From the NCBI GenBank assembly GCA_903829815.1, contig CAIKRR010000017.1:18502-82501 (forward strand): a stretch of DNA of 64,000 nt, given 5' to 3'. Both the position numbers and the translations under genes were made by a program. Below are positions 59,639 through 64,000 of this stretch, piece by piece. A model generated the notes under the pieces. It saw nothing but the letters and a program-made list of their open reading frames with translations. It did no database searches and was not told the DNA's origin. Source of the DNA: an uncultured Pseudomonadota bacterium (GTDB taxonomy: Bacteria > Pseudomonadota > Gammaproteobacteria > Burkholderiales > SG8-39). Within the stretch, counting starts at the first letter, position 1, and each line of letters opens with the position of its first letter.

Positions 59639-60709
59639 TCAGTCGGCTTTTGCGCCACTGGAGCGAATGACCGCGCCCCAGCGCTTGCGTTCATCGCCAA
59701 GGAATGTGGCAAGTTCAGCCGGCGTGCCGCCCACCGGTTCCATGCTCATGTCGGCCAGTGCACGCGATACCTCGGGCAGTTTCACCGTGGCAGCAACGGC
59801 CTGCGAGATGGCCTCTGCCAGAGCCGGTGGGGTGCGCGGTGGGGCAACCAGCGCGAACCAGACACTGGCCAGGAAGCCCGGCAGTGTATCGGCCATCACG
59901 GGTACCTCGGGCAGGAAGGCGCTGGGTCGTTCGCTCGCCACCGCCAGCGCACGCAGCTTGCCCGAGCGGATGTAGGGCAGGGCAGTGCTCAGTTCGATGA
60001 ACATGAGATCCACCTGGCCTGAGAGCAGCGCGGTCAGGGCCGGGGCACTGCCCTGGTAGGGAATGCCAGTCATGCGGATGCCGGCCATCGAACGAAAGAG
60101 CTCGGGGGTGACCGAGGAGGGCGAGCCGATCGCGCCGGTGCCGTAATTCAGCCGCTCGGGGCGCTCGCGTGCCTGCGCGATCAGATCGCGCACCGAGTTC
60201 GGGCCGGCAAGGGGCACCACGAGCACATTGGGCACGCTGGCAACCAGGCCAACGGGCACGAAGGCATCGGGGTCGTAGCTCAATTGGCTGTAGAGCGCCT
60301 TGTTGATCACCAGCGGTGCGGGGTGGGCGAGCATGAGGGCGTAGCCATCGGGGTTTGCCCGCGAGGCCGCATCACCGGCTATGTTGCCCCCACCCCCGCC
60401 GCGATTTTCGATCACTACGGGCTGGCCCCAGCGGCGACTGAGTCGCTCGCCAATGATCCGGGCGAGGGTGTCGGTTCCACCGCCGGGCGGGCTCGGTATG
60501 AAGACCTTCACCGGGCGAACCGGAAACTCTTGCGCCCGAGCGGTCACCGCGCACATGAACCCTGCCATGCCGAGGGCCATTGCCAGAAGCAGATGTCGTC
60601 CCGACCTCAGTTGCCCTGCCCGCTGGTCCTTCGCTGGCATGGGGTCAGGCATGGTCGTCATCAGTGGTGTCTCCTCGAATGCGTCGCTCGGGCGGATCAT
60701 AGCAAGCAT
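59639..60709 (-). CDS. Bug/TctC-family substrate-binding protein
   Basis: ...FMCAVTARAQEFPVRPVKVFIPSPPGGGTDTLARII and VWFALVAPPRTP. Start uncertain (M1 or M17). Confidence 0.85.
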   Translation of the reverse strand: MLAMIRPSDAFEETPLMTTMPDPMPAKDQRAGQLRSGRHLLLAMALGMAGFMCAVTARAQEFPVRPVKVFIPSPPGGGTDTLARIIGERLSRRWGQPVVIENRGGGGGNIAGDAASRANPDGYALMLAHPAPLVINKALYSQLSYDPDAFVPVGLVASVPNVLVVPLAGPNSVRDLIAQARERPERLNYGTGAIGSPSSVTPELFRSMAGIRMTGIPYQGSAPALTALLSGQVDLMFIELSTALPYIRSGKLRALAVASERPSAFLPEVPVMADTLPGFLASVWFALVAPPRTPPALAEAISQAVAATVKLPEVSRALADMSMEPVGGTPAELATFLGDERKRWGAVIRSSGAKAD

Positions 60710-60771
60710 GCGCCTGCTACCATTGCCGGGCCTGTCCCGTTGCGGGGCGCATGTGCTGCCTGGACCTGCTG

Positions 60772-62226
60772 ATGAACGATTCCTTTGATGATCTGCGTGG
60801 CTGGCTCGAGCGGGTTGATGCCATCGGCGAACTGGCGCACCCCCTCGGCGCCGACCCCAACCTCGAGATCGGTGCGGTATCGGAAATCGACTACCGACGC
60901 CGCGGTCCGGCCCTGCTCTTCGATCAGATCAAGGGCCATGCGCCGGGCTTTCGCCTGCTGACCTCCTCGACCAACAGCGCGCGTCGGCTCGGTCTGACCC
61001 TGCGGATGGGTACCGGGCATACCGATGCCTCGCTGGTGGAAGCTCTGCGCGGGTCACCCAACCGCTGGGCAGCCGCGGCGAAGCAGTTCGATCCGGTGTT
61101 CGTCGAGACAGGACCCGTGTTCGAGAACGTGATGGAGGGCGAGGCGGTCGATCTCGAGCGTTTCCCGGCGCCGCTCTGGCATGCCGAGGACGGCGGCCGC
61201 TACATCGGTACCGGCACGGCGGTTGCGACCATCGACCCCGATGAGCACTGGGTGAACCTGGGGGCCTACCGTTCGATGCTCGTCGATCGCAATCACGTGA
61301 CGATCAATATCGTGAGCGGCAAGCATGGCCGCACCCACATGGACAAGTGGATGGCACGCGAGGGGCGAGCCCCGATCGCGATCCACATCGGCATGGATCC
61401 GCTCTACATGATTCTTGCCGGGGTCGAGGTACCCACCGGCATCAGCGAACTCAATTACGCCGGCGCCGTGCGCGGCGAACCGGTGAAGGTGGTGCGCAGC
61501 ACGGTCACGGGCCTGCCCATCATTGCATCGGCCGAGATCGTGATCGAGGGCTGGGTGGTGCAGGGCGAACTGGCCGATGAAGGGCCCTTTGGCGAGTGGC
61601 CCGGTTACTACGTGAGCGGCGTCAGTCGCGAGCCGGTCTTCAAGGTGGCGCGAGTGCTTTACCGCAACAACCCCATCGTGCTCGGCGCCCCGCCTGCCAA
61701 GCCGCCGCATGACTACTCGTACATGCGCACGATCATGAAGTCGGCGATGATCTTCGATGCGCTGGTGGCAGCGGGTATCCCCGAGATTCGCGGCGTCTAC
61801 GCGCCCGAGTGCGGCGGCGGTCGGATGATGGTGATCGTGTCGATCCGGCAGCGCTATCCGGGCCATGCGCGACAGGCCGGTTTCATCGCCTCGCAGTGTC
61901 GCGAGGCGGCCTACATGGGCAAGTACACCATCGTGGTCGATGAGGATATCGATGTCACCAATCTCGAGGAGGTACTGTGGGCGGTATGCACCCGTACCGA
62001 TCCGGCCACGAGCATCGATTTCATTCGTCGTGCCTGGGCGAGCAAGGCCGAGCCGATGCTGCGCCGAGGCGAACCCACCTTCAACTCGCGTGCGGTGATC
62101 GACGCCTGCAAGCCCTGGGAGTGGATCGACGAGTTCCCCAAGGTTGCGCAGGCCGAGCCGGCCTATCTTCGCGAAATGGAAGCGAAGTGGGCCGATCTGT
62201 TCCGGCCCGGTGCGGCCCAGGCCTGA
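60772..62226 (+). CDS. UbiD-family (prFMN-dependent) decarboxylase
   Basis: MNDSFDDLRGWLERVDAIGEL and UbiD signature EGPFGEWPGYY. About 484 aa from the ATG at 60772. Confidence 0.88.
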   Translation: MNDSFDDLRGWLERVDAIGELAHPLGADPNLEIGAVSEIDYRRRGPALLFDQIKGHAPGFRLLTSSTNSARRLGLTLRMGTGHTDASLVEALRGSPNRWAAAAKQFDPVFVETGPVFENVMEGEAVDLERFPAPLWHAEDGGRYIGTGTAVATIDPDEHWVNLGAYRSMLVDRNHVTINIVSGKHGRTHMDKWMAREGRAPIAIHIGMDPLYMILAGVEVPTGISELNYAGAVRGEPVKVVRSTVTGLPIIASAEIVIEGWVVQGELADEGPFGEWPGYYVSGVSREPVFKVARVLYRNNPIVLGAPPAKPPHDYSYMRTIMKSAMIFDALVAAGIPEIRGVYAPECGGGRMMVIVSIRQRYPGHARQAGFIASQCREAAYMGKYTIVVDEDIDVTNLEEVLWAVCTRTDPATSIDFIRRAWASKAEPMLRRGEPTFNSRAVIDACKPWEWIDEFPKVAQAEPAYLREMEAKWADLFRPGAAQA

Positions 62227-62289
62227 CCAGACCTCCGAACCGGGTCGTCGCTCAGATACCGTCTTCTTTCAGATCAATCAGGAACTCTC

Positions 62290-63369
62290 ATGGCAGATCA
62301 CTACGTCCAGCACGCCCGCGAACACATGCTTGCCCGTTACACCGTCAATGGCGTCAACGCGAGCGACTTCATGGATGTGACCCGCTCGATCGAGCACTGG
62401 AGCGACTGGTGCAGCGCCTGGTCGGCGCGTGCCGCGATTCACGAGGCGCTCGGGCGAGCGGCACTGGCCGAAGGGCACGGCATCAGTGCGGCCGAGCACC
62501 TGTGCCGGGCTGCCGTGACCTATCACTTCGGGAAGTATCTCTTCGTGCGTGACATGGCCCAGCATCGTGCGGCCCACGCGAAGGCCATCGAGTGCCATAC
62601 GCTTGCGCTGCCGCACATGGACCCACCCGGTGAGCGCGTGCTCATCCCCATCGAGGGGCGTCATCTGGTCGGCATCCTGCGCAAGCCGCGCGGCGTGAGT
62701 AGCCCCTGCCCGGTGGTGCTGATGACCATGGGGCTTGATTCCACCAAGGAAGAGCTCATCACCTTCGAGGCGGGTTTTCTCGCCCGCGGCATGGCTACGC
62801 TGGCCTTCGATGGGCCGGGGCAGGGGGAGGCCGAATACGACATGCCGATTCGTGGCGATTACGAGAACGTTGCCGGCCCGGTCGTGGACTGGGTGCTCAC
62901 CCGGGCCGATCTGGACGGTGAGCGTATCGGCATCTGGGGCATCAGCCTCGGGGGCTACTACGGCCCGCGCTCGGTGGCTGGTGAGAAGCGCATCAAGGCC
63001 TGCGTGTCCAACTGCGGCCCCTACAACTGGGGTGCCTTGTGGGAAAACCTGCCCGAACTCACCCGCGATGCCTTCCGCGTGCGCAGTCACAGCACGAGCG
63101 AGGCCGAGGCGCGCGAACGCGCGTTCGGACTGTCTCTTGAAGGGGTTGCAAGTCGCATCGAGTGCCCGATGATGGTGATTGCCGGTGGTCTCGATCGGCT
63201 CTGCCCGCCCGAGGATGCACGGCGTCTGGCGAGCGAGGCGCGCGGGCCGGTGACGCTGATCGAGATCGACGATGGCAACCACGTGGCGCACAACCGGCCC
63301 TACCGGTATCGCCCGCAATCGGCCGACTGGATGGCGGCACAACTGGGTGCGACCGCGCCGCGCGCATGA
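62290..63369 (+). CDS. alpha/beta hydrolase with an N-terminal helical domain (FrsA / 2,6-dihydropseudooxynicotine-hydrolase-like family)
   Basis: MGLDSTKEE, nucleophile elbow GISLGG, then GGLDRLCPP (Asp) and DGNHVAHN (His). The family assignment is from memory of family motifs. Confidence 0.7.
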   Translation: MADHYVQHAREHMLARYTVNGVNASDFMDVTRSIEHWSDWCSAWSARAAIHEALGRAALAEGHGISAAEHLCRAAVTYHFGKYLFVRDMAQHRAAHAKAIECHTLALPHMDPPGERVLIPIEGRHLVGILRKPRGVSSPCPVVLMTMGLDSTKEELITFEAGFLARGMATLAFDGPGQGEAEYDMPIRGDYENVAGPVVDWVLTRADLDGERIGIWGISLGGYYGPRSVAGEKRIKACVSNCGPYNWGALWENLPELTRDAFRVRSHSTSEAEARERAFGLSLEGVASRIECPMMVIAGGLDRLCPPEDARRLASEARGPVTLIEIDDGNHVAHNRPYRYRPQSADWMAAQLGATAPRA

Positions 63370-64000
63370 GCGGAATCGCCGCAGGGCATGGTTCGAGTCG
63401 CTCGCCGCGGCGCGTCGAGGACGACCGTCTGCTGCGCGGTGCCGGACGCTTTGTCGATGACATCGAGTTGCCTGGCTTGCTGCACGCCTGCGTGGTGCGC
63501 AGCCCCGTGGCCCATGGCCGTCTGCGCGCGCTCGACCTGAGTGCCGCGCGCGCGCATCCGGGTGTGCATGCGGTGCTGGGCTTTGCAGATCTGCGCTCGA
63601 CGCTGCGCCATGACCGCATCAACCAATCGATTGCTTCGGGCATGGTCAAGTTCCATGTCGATCCGCCCTGGCTCGTCATGGATGAAGTGTGCTACGTCGG
63701 TGAGCCGCTGGCGCTCGTGGTGGCTGTGAGTCGTGCAGTGGCTGAAGATGCCGCGCGACTGATCCAACCCGATATCGAATCCCTGCCGGTGGTGGTCGAC
63801 CCGCGCGAGGGCTTGCGCGTCGGTTCGCCGCGCGCGCGCCTTGATTGTCCCGACAATCGCGTCGGGCATACCGTGGTTCGTTATGGCGAGGTGGCTGATG
63901 CATTCGATCGTGCACCGCACCGGGTGGCGGCGTGCTTTCGCCTCGACAAGGGCGGTGGCCACTCGATGGAAGGGCGCGGTCTGGTCGCCCGGTTCGATGC
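63366..64000 (+). CDS. xanthine dehydrogenase / CO dehydrogenase-family molybdopterin-binding large subunit (3' end beyond the window)
   Basis: My own translation from the ATG at 63366 (ATGA overlap with the upstream stop) gives MSGIAAGHGSSRSPRRVEDDRLLRGAGRFVDDIELPGLLHACVVRSPVAHGRLRALDLSAARAHPGVHAVL. This is the typical a/b-hammerhead N-terminus of CoxL/XdhA-like proteins. The frame is open to the window end. Confidence 0.8.
   Translation, partial: MSGIAAGHGSSRSPRRVEDDRLLRGAGRFVDDIELPGLLHACVVRSPVAHGRLRALDLSAARAHPGVHAVLGFADLRSTLRHDRINQSIASGMVKFHVDPPWLVMDEVCYVGEPLALVVAVSRAVAEDAARLIQPDIESLPVVVDPREGLRVGSPRARLDCPDNRVGHTVVRYGEVADAFDRAPHRVAACFRLDKGGGHSMEGRGLVARFD

Overview
This is a visibly GC-rich chromosomal segment (GC not computed) that looks betaproteobacterial, Burkholderiales-type, judged from its five Bug/TctC binding-protein genes and its core gene order. 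It is almost gene-saturated. I call about 58 protein genes, one tRNA-Leu(CAG), one IS3-derived remnant and three short tandem repeats. I see no rRNA, no CRISPR array, no intact mobile element and no recognisable transcription factor anywhere in the 64 kb. Many adjacent genes overlap by 4 nt (ATGA or GTGA), which defines the operons.

Core blocks:
- hisZ(partial)-purA-phosphoribosyltransferase
- tRNA-Leu, divergent from rnr-rlmB
- rpsF-priB-rpsR-rplI-dnaB
- PIN-PhoH and bcp
- alaC-hom-thrC-DUF2237
- mutS, coupled to a lipoprotein phosphoesterase

Accessory blocks:
1. 2.7-9.0 kb: two Bug binding proteins, a two-subunit Rieske oxygenase, a 2-hydroxyacid dehydrogenase and an M24 hydrolase.
2. 15.9-21.0 kb: a four-gene envelope operon ending in a patatin-Omp85 (PlpD / type Vd) protein.
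3. 23.1-30.4 kb: an L-Ara4N lipid A modification operon in the order arnT-B-C-A(FT)-A(DH)-D, with split ArnA and no arnEF.
4. 38.9-39.1 kb: an IS3-derived miniature element about 80 bp upstream of mutS.
5. 40.3-43.6 kb: an operon of an output-less sensor, a binding protein and an LplT-like MFS transporter.
6. 43.9-64 kb: a regulator-less catabolic island. It holds two UbiD decarboxylases without UbiX, a Liv-type ABC importer, duplicated MBL-FAH modules carrying an HxNxDH variant motif, three Bug proteins, a tandem CN-hydrolase with a dead second domain, a FrsA/DHPON-like hydrolase and a Mo-hydroxylase.

That island is interrupted by a lone NERD-nuclease/SF1-helicase gene whose upstream region carries four perfect copies of an 11-bp tandem repeat.

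Best candidates for something new, all untested and based only on reading the sequence:
- the NERD-helicase gene with its repeat
- the catabolic island as a whole
- the PlpD-associated operon
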